Notes: generated by a model not told the origin, from the sequence alone. Positions 1-10,063 are shown, counted from the first letter of the stretch. The stretch is 64,000 bases of DNA from an uncultured Pseudomonas sp. (GCA_963518285.1 CAUQIJ010000008.1:125269-189268); one strand, 5' to 3'. Translations and numbers: made by a program.

Positions 1-1
1 G

Positions 2-304
2 ATCGGCATCATCATCCGCAACTCGGTGATCCTGGTCACCCAGATCGACGAATTCGAGGCGCAGGGCCTGTCGCCCTGGGCGGCGGTGCTGGAGGCGACC
101 AACCATCGCCGCCGGCCGATCCTGCTCACCGCCGCGGCGGCCAGCCTGGGCATGATCCCGATTGCCCGCGAAGTGTTCTGGGGGCCGATGGCCTACGCCA
201 TGATCGGCGGCATCATCAGTGCAACGCTGCTGACGCTGTTGTTCCTGCCGGCGTTGTACGTGGCCTGGTACAAGATTCGCGAGCCAGAGCAGTCATCCAG
301 CTAA
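2..304 (+). CDS. RND efflux permease (AcrB/AcrD/AcrF family), 3' end only
   Basis: C-terminal motifs RRRPILLTAAAASLGMIP and PMAYAMIGG; frame is open to the window edge. Confidence 0.85.
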   Translation: MGIIIRNSVILVTQIDEFEAQGLSPWAAVLEATNHRRRPILLTAAAASLGMIPIAREVFWGPMAYAMIGGIISATLLTLLFLPALYVAWYKIREPEQSSS

Positions 305-321
305 CACCATGCACTGTTCAG

Positions 322-358
322 AAAAGGCCATTGCCCAGCGCAATGGCCTTTCTGTTTT
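322..358 (+). terminator. Rho-independent terminator
   Basis: AAAGGCCATTGC/GCAATGGCCTTT stem followed by a T-rich tail. Confidence 0.75.
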
Positions 359-360
359 CG

Positions 361-400
361 GTTATATAAACATTCTTAAATAGTATTTTTAAGAATATCC
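361..400 (+). promoter_or_regulatory. AT-rich upstream region of oscA-sbp-cysTWA, probable CysB-type site
   Basis: Strongly AT-rich block in GC-rich DNA upstream of a sulfate ABC operon; regulator identity is inferred. Confidence 0.45.
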
Positions 401-481
401 GCGCATCACTATCATCAGCCTCAAGCCAGGCGCAAATCCCCTTCAAACCCTGCCCGGCACTTCACTCACAGGAGAACGAGC

Positions 482-664
482 ATGAGTGCATCCCTGCGTA
501 GCATCGACGGTCAGGACGAAGCGACCATTTTGCGTGAGATCCAGGCCGCCCTGCGCGACCTGCGCTTCGGCGCGGTAGAGATCACCGTGCACAACGCTCA
601 GGTCGTGCAGATCGAGCGCAAGGAGAAGTTCCGCCTGCAGCAGCCCGGCAACAAGACCGGCTGA
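482..664 (+). CDS. oscA: Sulfur starvation protein OscA (DUF2292/YezD family)
   Basis: 60 aa with LRFGAVEITVHNAQVVQIERKEK motif; AGGAG RBS; directly upstream of sbp. Confidence 0.85.
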   Translation: MSASLRSIDGQDEATILREIQAALRDLRFGAVEITVHNAQVVQIERKEKFRLQQPGNKTG

Positions 665-712
665 TCGCGCACTACCCACTAATTAGAAAAATGCCAATTC
701 GGGAGCTTCACC

Positions 713-1720
713 ATGTCCATCCGCCGTTATGCGCTCGCCGCTCTGGCCAGCGCCGTGTTTGCCGGTTCCGCCATCGCCAAGGACTACGAACTGCTCAACG
801 TGTCCTACGACCCAACCCGTGAGCTGTACCAGCAGTACAACGCCGAGTTCATCAAGCACTGGCAGCAAGCGCACCCGGATGACAAGGTCAAGATCCAGCA
901 ATCCCATGGCGGCTCGGGCAAGCAAGGCCGCGCGGTGATCGACGGCCTGCGCGCCGACGTGGTGACCCTGGCCCTGGCCGGCGACATCGACGAAATCGCC
1001 AAGCTCGGCAAGACCCTGCCAGAGAACTGGCAGACCCGCCTGCCAGACGCCAGCACGCCGTACACCTCGACCATCGTCTTCCTGGTGCGCAAGGGCAACC
1101 CGAAAGGCATCAAGGACTGGGGCGACCTGGTCAAGAATGACGTGTCGGTGATCACTCCCAACCCGAAAACCTCCGGCGGCGCCCGCTGGAACTTCCTCGC
1201 CGCCTGGGCCTATGGCCTGAAGGCCGGCGGCAGTGAGGCCAAGGCTCAGGAATACGTGCAGCAGCTGTTCAAGCACGTGCCTGTACTGGACACCGGCGCC
1301 CGCGGTTCGACCATCACCTTCGTCAACAACGGTCAGGGCGATGTGCTGCTGGCGTGGGAAAACGAAGCGTTCCTGGCCTTGAAGGAAGATGGCGGCACCG
1401 ACAAGTTTGAAATCGTCGTGCCTTCGCTGTCGATCCTCGCCGAGCCGCCAGTGGCCGTGGTCGACAAGAACGCGCAGAAGAAAGGCAACGAGCAGATCGC
1501 CGAGGAATACCTCAAGCACCTGTACAGCCCGGCCGGGCAGAAAATCGCCGCCGAGAACTTCTACCGCCCGCGTGACCAGAAGGTGGCTGCCGAATACGGC
1601 AAGCAATTCCCCAAACTTGACCTGGTGACCATCGACAAGGACTTCGGCGGCTGGAAAACTGCACAGCCGAAATTCTTCAACGATGGCGGTGTGTTCGACC
1701 AGATCTACCAGGCGCAGTAA
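713..1720 (+). CDS. sbp: Sulfate ABC transporter substrate-binding protein
   Basis: Signal peptide; [22 protein letters not shown] and [10 protein letters not shown] motifs. Confidence 0.95.
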   Translation: MSIRRYALAALASAVFAGSAIAKDYELLNVSYDPTRELYQQYNAEFIKHWQQAHPDDKVKIQQSHGGSGKQGRAVIDGLRADVVTLALAGDIDEIAKLGKTLPENWQTRLPDASTPYTSTIVFLVRKGNPKGIKDWGDLVKNDVSVITPNPKTSGGARWNFLAAWAYGLKAGGSEAKAQEYVQQLFKHVPVLDTGARGSTITFVNNGQGDVLLAWENEAFLALKEDGGTDKFEIVVPSLSILAEPPVAVVDKNAQKKGNEQIAEEYLKHLYSPAGQKIAAENFYRPRDQKVAAEYGKQFPKLDLVTIDKDFGGWKTAQPKFFNDGGVFDQIYQAQ

Positions 1721-1764
1721 CGCGGCAGTACAGTGCCGCACTGGAGCTTCAGTAGCCTGCATGG

Positions 1765-1784
1765 GCCCGGGACTTGTCCCGGGC
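1765..1784. repeat. Intercistronic stem-loop between sbp and cysT
   Basis: GCCCGGGAC-TT-GTCCCGGGC palindrome. Confidence 0.6.
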
Positions 1785-1809
1785 TTGATGCGTTAAACCA
1801 GGGACCTTT

Positions 1810-2628
1810 ATGTCACGTCGTATATCCCCCGTCATACCCGGCTTCGGGCTGACTCTGGGCTACACCTTGGTGTACCTCAGCCTGATCGTGCTGATACCGC
1901 TGGCGGCCATGTTCGTGCATGCCTCGCAGCTGACCTGGGAGCAGTTCTGGAACATCATCAGCGCCCCGCGAGTGATCGCCGCGCTGAAGCTGAGTTTCGG
2001 CACTGCCCTGTTCGCCGCCATCATCAACGGCATTATCGGCACCCTGCTGGCCTGGGTGCTGGTGCGCTATACCTTCCCGGGGCGCAAGATCATCGACGCG
2101 ATGATCGACCTGCCGTTCGCCTTGCCCACGGCAGTCGCCGGCATCGCCCTGACCGCGCTGTACGCGCCTTCCGGCTGGGTCGGGCAGTTCGCCACCGACC
2201 TCGGTTTCAAGATCGCCTACACGCCACTGGGTATCACCCTGGCGCTGACCTTCGTCACCCTGCCGTTCGTGGTGCGCACGGTGCAGCCGGTGCTGGCGGA
2301 CATCCCCCGTGAAGTCGAAGAAGCGGCGGCCTGCCTGGGCGCTAAACCGTTGCAGGTGTTCCGCCATGTACTTGTGCCGGCGCTGCTGCCGGCCTGGTTG
2401 ACCGGCTTTGCCCTGGCCTTTGCTCGCGGTGTCGGCGAGTACGGCTCGGTGATCTTCATTGCCGGCAACATGCCGATGAAGACCGAAATCCTGCCGTTGC
2501 TGATCATGGTCAAGCTCGACCAGTACGACTACACCGGCGCTACTGCCATCGGCGTCTTGATGCTGGTGGTTTCCTTCATCCTGCTGCTGCTGATCAACTT
2601 GCTTCAGCGGCGCATCGAAACCCCTTGA
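1810..2628 (+). CDS. cysT: Sulfate ABC permease CysT (CysU)
   Basis: [15 protein letters not shown] loop, [11 protein letters not shown]. Confidence 0.95.
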   Translation: MSRRISPVIPGFGLTLGYTLVYLSLIVLIPLAAMFVHASQLTWEQFWNIISAPRVIAALKLSFGTALFAAIINGIIGTLLAWVLVRYTFPGRKIIDAMIDLPFALPTAVAGIALTALYAPSGWVGQFATDLGFKIAYTPLGITLALTFVTLPFVVRTVQPVLADIPREVEEAAACLGAKPLQVFRHVLVPALLPAWLTGFALAFARGVGEYGSVIFIAGNMPMKTEILPLLIMVKLDQYDYTGATAIGVLMLVVSFILLLLINLLQRRIETP

Positions 2629-2641
2629 AGGAGGACCGCCC

Positions 2642-3514
2642 ATGTCTGGTTCAACTCTAGGCGCAACGGCCGCCGCCAACGCCGCCCGGCGCGGCAGCGC
2701 CACTTCACGGCGGGTGCTGATCATCTCGGCCTGGCTGGTGTTTGCGCTGTTTTTGCTGTTGCCGTTGGTGATCGTGGTTTCCCAAGCGCTGAAGAACGGC
2801 TTCGGTACATTCTTCGAGGCTATCTTCGAGCCCGATGCACTGTCGGCGCTCAGGCTGACCTTGCTCGCGGTGGCCATTTCGGTGCCGCTGAACCTGCTGT
2901 TCGGGGTCAGTGCGGCGTGGTGCGTGAGCAAGTACAACTTTGCCGGCAAGAGCATCCTGGTGACCCTGATCGACCTGCCGTTTTCGGTGTCGCCGGTAAT
3001 CGCCGGTCTGGTCTATGTGCTGATGTTCGGCGCGCAGGGCTTTTTCGGGCCGTGGCTGCAGGATCACGACATCCAGATCGTGTTCGCCTTGCCGGGTATC
3101 GTCCTGGCGACCATCTTCGTCACCGTGCCGTTCGTGGCCCGAGAGCTGATCCCGCTGATGCAGGAGCAGGGCACTCAAGAGGAAGAGGCCGCGCGCCTGC
3201 TTGGCGCCAATGGCTGGCAGATGTTCTGGCACGTGACCCTGCCCAACATCAAATGGGGCCTGATCTACGGCGTGGTGCTGTGTACTGCGCGGGCGATGGG
3301 CGAGTTTGGTGCGGTGTCGGTGGTGTCCGGGCATATCCGCGGGGTTACCAACACCTTGCCGCTGCACGTCGAAATCCTCTACAACGAATACAACCACGTC
3401 GCGGCGTTCAGCGTGGCGAGCTTGCTGCTGATCCTGGCGCTCTTCATCCTGCTGCTCAAGCAGTGGAGCGAGAACCGTATTAACCGTCTGCGCCAAAGCG
3501 CAGCGGAGGAATAA
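2642..3514 (+). CDS. cysW: Sulfate ABC permease CysW
   Basis: [27 protein letters not shown]. Confidence 0.95.
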   Translation: MSGSTLGATAAANAARRGSATSRRVLIISAWLVFALFLLLPLVIVVSQALKNGFGTFFEAIFEPDALSALRLTLLAVAISVPLNLLFGVSAAWCVSKYNFAGKSILVTLIDLPFSVSPVIAGLVYVLMFGAQGFFGPWLQDHDIQIVFALPGIVLATIFVTVPFVARELIPLMQEQGTQEEEAARLLGANGWQMFWHVTLPNIKWGLIYGVVLCTARAMGEFGAVSVVSGHIRGVTNTLPLHVEILYNEYNHVAAFSVASLLLILALFILLLKQWSENRINRLRQSAAEE

Positions 3515-3517
3515 TTC

Positions 3518-4507
<990 letters not shown>

Positions 4508-4516
4508 TCCATTTTT

Positions 4517-4557
4517 GGGGCCGCTTTGCGGCCCAATCGCGACACAAGGCCGCTCCT
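4517..4557. repeat. Left part of a REP doublet (REPIN) interrupted by the IS110 element
   Basis: GGGGCCGCTTTGCGGCCCAATCGCGACACAAGGCCGCTCCT nearly identical to intact copy at 21867; breaks at CT. Confidence 0.9.
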
Positions 4558-4571
4558 TGTATGTTCTCTAC

Positions 4572-4795
4572 ACGCCCCAAGAGAGTCGTTATGCTTGCGG
4601 GTGCGTCATCAAAGAGATGTGTTCTGGGGGAGGCCGATCGCTCCTGAAGGCAGGACTTGCTCCTGACCTTGTCTGTAGAGAGGCTCCCCCGCCTCATTGC
4701 CCACCACGTAGAGTATCGAGAAGCCGACAAGTCGGACTTCGCATTACAAGGTTGCAGCGGCATGAAGTTCGAGGTCAGGGGAACCAGAGCCATCA
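4572..4795 (+). ncRNA. Bridge RNA (IS110 guide RNA) with target- and donor-binding loops; ends approximate
   Basis: Guides CGCTCCT (4639-4645), CTGTAG (4673-4678), AGAGTATC (4710-4717) and TACAAG (4745-4750) match the REP target and the circle-junction donor and lie in internal loops of predicted stems. Confidence 0.88.
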
Positions 4796-4822
4796 TCACC
4801 TAATTTTTGTGGAGATGAAACC

Positions 4823-5818
4823 ATGGCTGTGCATGTCGGCCTGGATGTGGGCTCACGCTCGACAGCGATGAGCTGGCGCGAAAAAGGCCGTGCGGTTGGC
4901 TCATGGGAAATTCTTCAAACGCCCAAAAGCCGCAAGGCCGCGGTCAAAAAGCTGGTAGCCCTTAAGCCCATCAGCGTCGTCATGGAAGCTACCGGGATCT
5001 ACTATCTGGACTTGGCCATTGAGCTGCATGCTGCAGGTTTGCCTGTCTCGGTTATCAATCCTAAAAGCTCTCGTAATTTCGCCAAGCTCATGCTCCAGAA
5101 CAGCAAGACTGATGCAATTGATGCTCAATTGCTGGCTGAGTACGGTGAGCGCATGACGCCTCGTCCATGGAGCCCGCCAAGCCCCGCACAGCTTGAGCTG
5201 CGGGCTATTGGGCGACACCTCAACCGCCTGATTGGACATCGCACCCGGGCCAAGAATGAGCTGCATGCGCTCAAAGCAACGCAAACGTCCTCGCTGATGT
5301 TGATCGAGGATGAAGAGGAGGCCATCTCCTCGTTCGATAAGCGTATTGAGCGTTTTCGCCAAGCTGGCCGAGACCTGATTGCCAGCTGTCCGACTCTACA
5401 AGCTCAGTTTGAGCACATGCAGGCCGCGCCTGGTATGGGAGAGGTTTCGACATTGGCAGCACTGGCGGAGATGACTGCGCTTCCCACCTTCTTGAAAGCT
5501 GCGCAAGTGAGCCGGCATGCTGGGTTGGACGTGCGGCTAACGCAGTCTGGAACGAGCATCGACAAGCCTGGCAGGCTGAGTAAATGCGGCAACGCCTACT
5601 TACGTTCCTCTCTTTTCATGCCAGCAATGTCAGCGATCAGATGTGATCCGCTGGTGAAAGCCTTCTTTGAGGGCTTGGTGGCGAGGGGAAAGAGAAAAAT
5701 GCAGGCCATCTGTGCAGTGATGCGCAAATACCTGACCGGGCTATGGGCGTGCATGCAGACCGGCCTACCATTCGATACGGCCAAGCTTTTTAGCGAGAAA
5801 CACCTGCTAAAAGCTTGA
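4823..5818 (+). CDS. IS110-family DEDD recombinase/transposase
   Basis: VGLDVG (D8), VMEATG (E55), KTDAID (D97/D100), QSGTS (S242), CGNAYLRSSLF; GGAG RBS at 4811-4814. Confidence 0.95.
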   Translation: MAVHVGLDVGSRSTAMSWREKGRAVGSWEILQTPKSRKAAVKKLVALKPISVVMEATGIYYLDLAIELHAAGLPVSVINPKSSRNFAKLMLQNSKTDAIDAQLLAEYGERMTPRPWSPPSPAQLELRAIGRHLNRLIGHRTRAKNELHALKATQTSSLMLIEDEEEAISSFDKRIERFRQAGRDLIASCPTLQAQFEHMQAAPGMGEVSTLAALAEMTALPTFLKAAQVSRHAGLDVRLTQSGTSIDKPGRLSKCGNAYLRSSLFMPAMSAIRCDPLVKAFFEGLVARGKRKMQAICAVMRKYLTGLWACMQTGLPFDTAKLFSEKHLLKA

Positions 5819-5820
5819 CC
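5815..5820 (+). promoter_or_regulatory. -35 hexamer TTGACC of the circle-junction promoter (pairs with -10 TATGTT at 4560-4565 after excision)
   Basis: Joining 5835 to 4558 gives TTGACC-17 nt-TATGTT. Confidence 0.8.
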
Positions 5821-5835
5821 ATGAACAGAGTATCT

Positions 5836-5915
5836 ACAGGGACCGCGCCGCACCTGACACGGCGCGGTCCCTGTAGGAGCGGCCTTGTGTCGCGATTGGG
5901 CTGCGCAGCAGCCCC
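5836..5915. repeat. Right remainder of the REP doublet (spacer palindrome plus second REP arm)
   Basis: ACAGGGACCGCGCCG/CGGCGCGGTCCCTGT followed by AGGAGCGGCCTTGTGTCGCGA...GCAGCCCC. Confidence 0.9.
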
Positions 5916-6134
5916 ATCCCCCGCCAGACCAATGCCTCCCGTGAATATTTAATATGCCGCCCAGGCATCAAAATCCCCGCCCTCCCGGCCAGCCCAACAA
6001 CCACGCGGCCTGCGGCTCTCACCCCAATACCAATATTCAATAAAGTTCTAACTTTACGTTTAAACATTACTTTCAGAGATAAGCGTCTGGCGCCGATGAT
6101 TCAGCCATGAATCGAGACCCCAGGAGTTTGATCA

Positions 6135-6932
6135 ATGGGTAATGTCCATACGGCCGTCAGGGCCTACGACCAGCCATGGCGCCCGGCCCCGGGCGACCTG
6201 GTCGAGCTTGGACGCACGCTTCGCCTGCCGCTCGGCCAGCTGCGCCTGCAACGCACGCCGGTCAGCGGCCTCAAGCGCCGCGACAAATGGGCCTTGGCCC
6301 TGCTGGTAGTGGCGCTGCATGGCGCGGCCGCGTACTGGATCAGCCAGAGCCCGACGCCACCGTTGCCAGTCGTGCCACCGCAGATCCCGCCCATGACCAT
6401 CGAGTTTGCCGCCCCGGCCCCGCCCGTGGTCGAGCCGCCACCGCCTGCACCAGCGCCCCCGGTAGTCGAGCCACCGCCGCCGCCGGTAGTCGATGAGCTG
6501 GCGGCCAAACCTGCGCCCAAACCAAAACCCAAGCCGGTACCCAAGCCTGTCGTCAAGCCTGTGGCCAAGCCCGTGCCGAAACCGGTGGAAGCCCCGCCGC
6601 CGCCAGTCGCTGCACCTGCGCCAACGCCAGCTCCACCAGCGCCAGCGCCTGTAACGCCGCCGTCGGCCAACGCTGCCTACCTGAAGAACCCGGCGCCGGA
6701 ATACCCGCAGATGGCCCAGCGCCGCGGCTGGGAAGGCACCGTGCTGCTGCGGGTCGAGGTCATGGCCAGCGGCAAGCCTGGCCAGATCCAGATTCAGAAG
6801 AGCAGTGGCCGCCCGGCCCTCGACGACGCCGCACTGGCCGCCGTCAAGCGCTGGAGCTTTGTCCCGGCCAAGCAGGGCGATGTTGCCCAGTCCGGCTGGG
6901 TAAGTGTGCCGATCGACTTCAAGCTGCGCTGA
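6135..6932 (+). CDS. tonB: Energy transducer TonB (TonB2-like, sulfur-associated)
   Basis: TM segment with LH motif, Pro/Lys-rich linker, C-terminal YP..A.RRGWEGTV..SSG...LD.AAL domain. Confidence 0.92.
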   Translation: MGNVHTAVRAYDQPWRPAPGDLVELGRTLRLPLGQLRLQRTPVSGLKRRDKWALALLVVALHGAAAYWISQSPTPPLPVVPPQIPPMTIEFAAPAPPVVEPPPPAPAPPVVEPPPPPVVDELAAKPAPKPKPKPVPKPVVKPVAKPVPKPVEAPPPPVAAPAPTPAPPAPAPVTPPSANAAYLKNPAPEYPQMAQRRGWEGTVLLRVEVMASGKPGQIQIQKSSGRPALDDAALAAVKRWSFVPAKQGDVAQSGWVSVPIDFKLR

Positions 6933-6990
6933 TTACACCCCCGAACATGCACCTGAACCGTATACCGACCGAACATAGGAAGACTTCATC

Positions 6991-7719
6991 ATGAGCCTGC
7001 TGGCATCCGCATCTCCCCTCGAGTCCGTTGAAGTAGCCGTGATCTGGCTGCTGGTTGTGTTCTCTGTCGCCACCTGGGGCCTGGCGCTGATCAAGGCCGT
7101 CCAGTTCGTGCGCCTGAAGAACCAGGACAAACGCTTCCACAAGCAGTTCTGGGCCGCCTCCAGTCTCGATTCGGCGGCTGAGCTTAGCCATGAACTGCCA
7201 GGCCCGGCCGCCCGTGTGGCGCAGTCCGGGTATGCCGCCATCGCCGTCGGTGAGCCTGGCCATGCCAGCGACCTTAGCCAGTCGATCAACCACCAGGACC
7301 GCCTCGAGCGTGCCCTGCGCCAGCAGATCGTGCGTGAGCGGCGCTCGCTGGAAACCGGCCTGGCAGTCGTTGCCAGTATCGGCAGCACCTCGCCCTTCAT
7401 CGGCCTGTTCGGCACCGTGTGGGGCATCATGGAAGCGCTCAAGGGCATCAGTGCGGCAGGTTCGGCCAGCCTCGAAACCGTGGCCGGGCCGATCGGTGCG
7501 GCACTGGTTGCAACCGGTGTCGGTATTGCCGTCGCGGTGCCGGCGGTGCTGGTCTACAACTACTTCCTGCGCCGGCTCAAGCTGACTGCTGCCGACCTCG
7601 ATGACTTTGCCCATGACTTCTACAGCCTGGCCCAGAAGAGCGCCTTCCGCGTGCTGGTCCACCCGACCGCACACAAGCCTCAGACCGGCTTCACCCAGCC
7701 CGTGAAAGAGGCGTCCTGA
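6991..7719 (+). CDS. exbB: ExbB/MotA/TolQ proton channel
   Basis: SPFIGLFGTVWGIM and ALVATGVGIAVAVPA motifs. Confidence 0.92.
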   Translation: MSLLASASPLESVEVAVIWLLVVFSVATWGLALIKAVQFVRLKNQDKRFHKQFWAASSLDSAAELSHELPGPAARVAQSGYAAIAVGEPGHASDLSQSINHQDRLERALRQQIVRERRSLETGLAVVASIGSTSPFIGLFGTVWGIMEALKGISAAGSASLETVAGPIGAALVATGVGIAVAVPAVLVYNYFLRRLKLTAADLDDFAHDFYSLAQKSAFRVLVHPTAHKPQTGFTQPVKEAS

Positions 7720-7720
7720 T

Positions 7721-8122
7721 ATGGCCTTTTCAACCCAGGACAACGACGAAGTCCTCAGCGAAATCAACGTCACGCCCCTGGTCGACGTCATGCTGGTGCT
7801 GCTGGTGGTGTTCATCGTCACCGCCCCGCTGCTGACCAACGCGATCCCGATCAACCTGCCCAAGACCGAAGCCGTAGCCCCGGTCGAGCAAAAAGACCCG
7901 CTGGTGGTCAGTATCGATGGTGGCGGCAAGCTGTTCATCAACAAGGACGAGATTCAGCCAGACCTGCTCGAAAGCAACCTCAAGGCGGCCAAGCTCAAGG
8001 ACGCCGAGGTGCGCGTGCAGCTGCAGGCCGACGACGGCGTCAATTACGGCGAAGTGGCCCGCGCCATGGCGGCCATCGAACGCGCCGGGATCACCAAGCT
8101 GGCGGTGATAACCGCACGCTAG
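7721..8122 (+). CDS. exbD: ExbD/TolR
   Basis: EINVTPLVDVMLVLL motif. Confidence 0.92.
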   Translation: MAFSTQDNDEVLSEINVTPLVDVMLVLLVVFIVTAPLLTNAIPINLPKTEAVAPVEQKDPLVVSIDGGGKLFINKDEIQPDLLESNLKAAKLKDAEVRVQLQADDGVNYGEVARAMAAIERAGITKLAVITAR

Positions 8123-8154
8123 AGCCCGTCATACCCTCTTCAGGCAAGTGCTTC

Positions 8155-8193
8155 AGGGCCGTACCTCTTGGCAGGGGGATGGCCCTTTTTTTT
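8155..8193 (+). terminator. Rho-independent terminator after exbD
   Basis: AGGGCC...GGCCCT stem followed by a long T run. Confidence 0.75.
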
Positions 8194-8302
8194 ATCTGCG
8201 CAAATTAAATCGGTTATAAATACATAGCTTCTTATTCCTTTACGGATATATCTCGCCCTTTATACTGGTCAGCAAGCACGCAAACTTCCTGGAGGCGTCC
8301 CC

Positions 8303-8884
8303 ATGCGCAATGAGTCGATTCGTTACCTGATTGTGCCGGGCTGGCAAGGATCGCCAGACAATCATTGGCAAAGCCACTGGCAGCGCAGCCTGCCCAACAG
8401 CGCTCGGGTCGAGCAGGCCGACTGGCTGACGCCGCAGCGGCGCGATTGGGTGCAGGCGCTGGAGCAGGCGATTGCCGCCGACAGCACGCCGGTAATCCTG
8501 ATTGCCCACAGCCTGGGCTGCATCACTGTTGCCCATTGGGCCGCAGCAGCCAGCCCGGCCTTGCTCGCGCGGGTACGTGGCGCCTTGCTGGTGGCACCGG
8601 CGGATGTCGAACGGCCAACCTGCGCACCGGCGCTGCGCAACTTCGCGCCGATCCCGCTGCAGGCATTGCCGTTTGCCAGCCAGGTGGTGAGCTCGGACAA
8701 CGACCCGGCGGTCAGCGTGCCGCGGGCGCTGTACCTGGCTCAGGAATGGGCTGCCGAGGCGGGCCTGCTGGCCAATGCCGGGCACATCAACGTCAAGTCC
8801 GGGCATGAGCGCTGGGAGCAGGGCTTTGCCTACCTGTACCGCCTGCAAAGCCGGATCGAGCAGCGCACGCTACGGCGCGCCTGA
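8303..8884 (+). CDS. RBBP9/YdeN-family alpha/beta hydrolase
   Basis: IVPGW, AHSLG nucleophile elbow, SDNDP, GHIN. Confidence 0.88.
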   Translation: MRNESIRYLIVPGWQGSPDNHWQSHWQRSLPNSARVEQADWLTPQRRDWVQALEQAIAADSTPVILIAHSLGCITVAHWAAAASPALLARVRGALLVAPADVERPTCAPALRNFAPIPLQALPFASQVVSSDNDPAVSVPRALYLAQEWAAEAGLLANAGHINVKSGHERWEQGFAYLYRLQSRIEQRTLRRA

Positions 8885-8947
8885 CCCGGCAGTTATCCAC
8901 AGAATGCCTGAGACGCCCGGCTGCTGATGGCCCGGCGGGAGTTTGTC

Positions 8948-9883
8948 ATGACCTTGCACGCCCCTTTCGGCCAGCCGCTGCTGACCTTCCCCGAGCTGGA
9001 TAAAAGCCCGCTGAGCATTCGCGCCAAGGCGCTGGTGTTTGTCGACCCGCGCTCGCAGCAGTTGCGCCGGGACCTGGAGCGCCTGGCAGTGCAGCCGCTG
9101 CCGGTGCTGATCCGTGGCGAAACCGGCACCGGCAAGGAGTTGCTGGCGCGGCAGATCCATCGTGCCAGCGACCGCGCCGGGCTGTTTGTTTCGGTCAACT
9201 GCGCCGCCATCAGCCATACCTACGCCGATGCCGAACTGTTCGGCTACAGCGCCGGCAGCCACGGCGGCACCGCCAGCAGCCGGGCCGGCTGGTTTGGCTC
9301 GGCCAATGGCGGCACGCTGTACCTGGATGAAATTGCCGACCTGCCGTTGGCGATTCAGGCCAAGTTGCTCGCCGCGCTGGAAAACCGCGAAGTGACCCGG
9401 GTCGGTGCGCAGCAACCGCAGCCGGTCGACGTGCGCCTGGTTGCTGCTTCCAGCATCGATCTGGCCCTGGCCGTAGCGGCAGGGCGCTTCAACGAGCGGT
9501 TGTACCTGTACCTGCACGAAGGCGAACTGGAGCTGCCGGCATTGCGCGAGCGGGTCGGCGACATCCTGCCGCTGGCCGAGTACTTCGTCGGTATCTACAG
9601 CGCACGGCTGGAGCGGCCGGTGCCGTTGATCAGCGACCTGGCCCAGCAAGCGCTGGAGGCGCATACCTGGCCGGGCAATACCCGCGAGCTGGAAAACGTC
9701 ATCCATTTCGCCCTTCTGGTGAGCGATGGCGACGAGATCCTCGCTGAGCAACTCGACCTGCCCGACACCGCACCGCTGGCCAGCCTGGCGGCGCGATTGA
9801 GCCAGCTCGGTCATAGCCGTGAGCCGCACACCAGCGCTGCCCTGCGCCAGTTGCTCGAGTCAGCTCTGGCGGCGCTCAAGTAG
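8948..9883 (+). CDS. SfnR-like sigma-54-activator AAA+ domain protein, degenerate (no GAFTGA, no obvious HTH)
   Basis: GETGTGKE, YLDEI, WPGNTRELEN; loop-1 reads GSHGGT; ATG 8948 preceded by GGGAG. Confidence 0.8.
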   Translation: MTLHAPFGQPLLTFPELDKSPLSIRAKALVFVDPRSQQLRRDLERLAVQPLPVLIRGETGTGKELLARQIHRASDRAGLFVSVNCAAISHTYADAELFGYSAGSHGGTASSRAGWFGSANGGTLYLDEIADLPLAIQAKLLAALENREVTRVGAQQPQPVDVRLVAASSIDLALAVAAGRFNERLYLYLHEGELELPALRERVGDILPLAEYFVGIYSARLERPVPLISDLAQQALEAHTWPGNTRELENVIHFALLVSDGDEILAEQLDLPDTAPLASLAARLSQLGHSREPHTSAALRQLLESALAALK

Positions 9884-10063
9884 TCCGTCATGCGGCTAAT
9901 AAGCGAAGTCGATGATGGCCAATTCTTTTTGATATAAGCAGCTAATCAAAAGATATTGTTCCGGAATATAAAATCCCGGTATCGTCCGCTTCACGCCCAG
10001 CGCTGCTAGCGCCGGGCACCCCGTATTGCCGTCGCCGATGGCTCAGCTTATTTAAGGATCACC

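Larger units (their letters stand above)
4558..5835 (+). mobile_element. IS110-family insertion sequence (IS621-like), 1278 bp counting one CT core, inserted in a REP
   Basis: Removing it restores the REP GCCGCTC-CT-ACAGG; CT at 4556-4557 and 5834-5835; no terminal inverted repeats; long non-coding left end and very short right end. Confidence 0.95.

Noticed and set aside
6400..6665. Repetitive DNA in tonB
   Set aside because: Ordinary Pro/Lys-rich TonB linker, not an array
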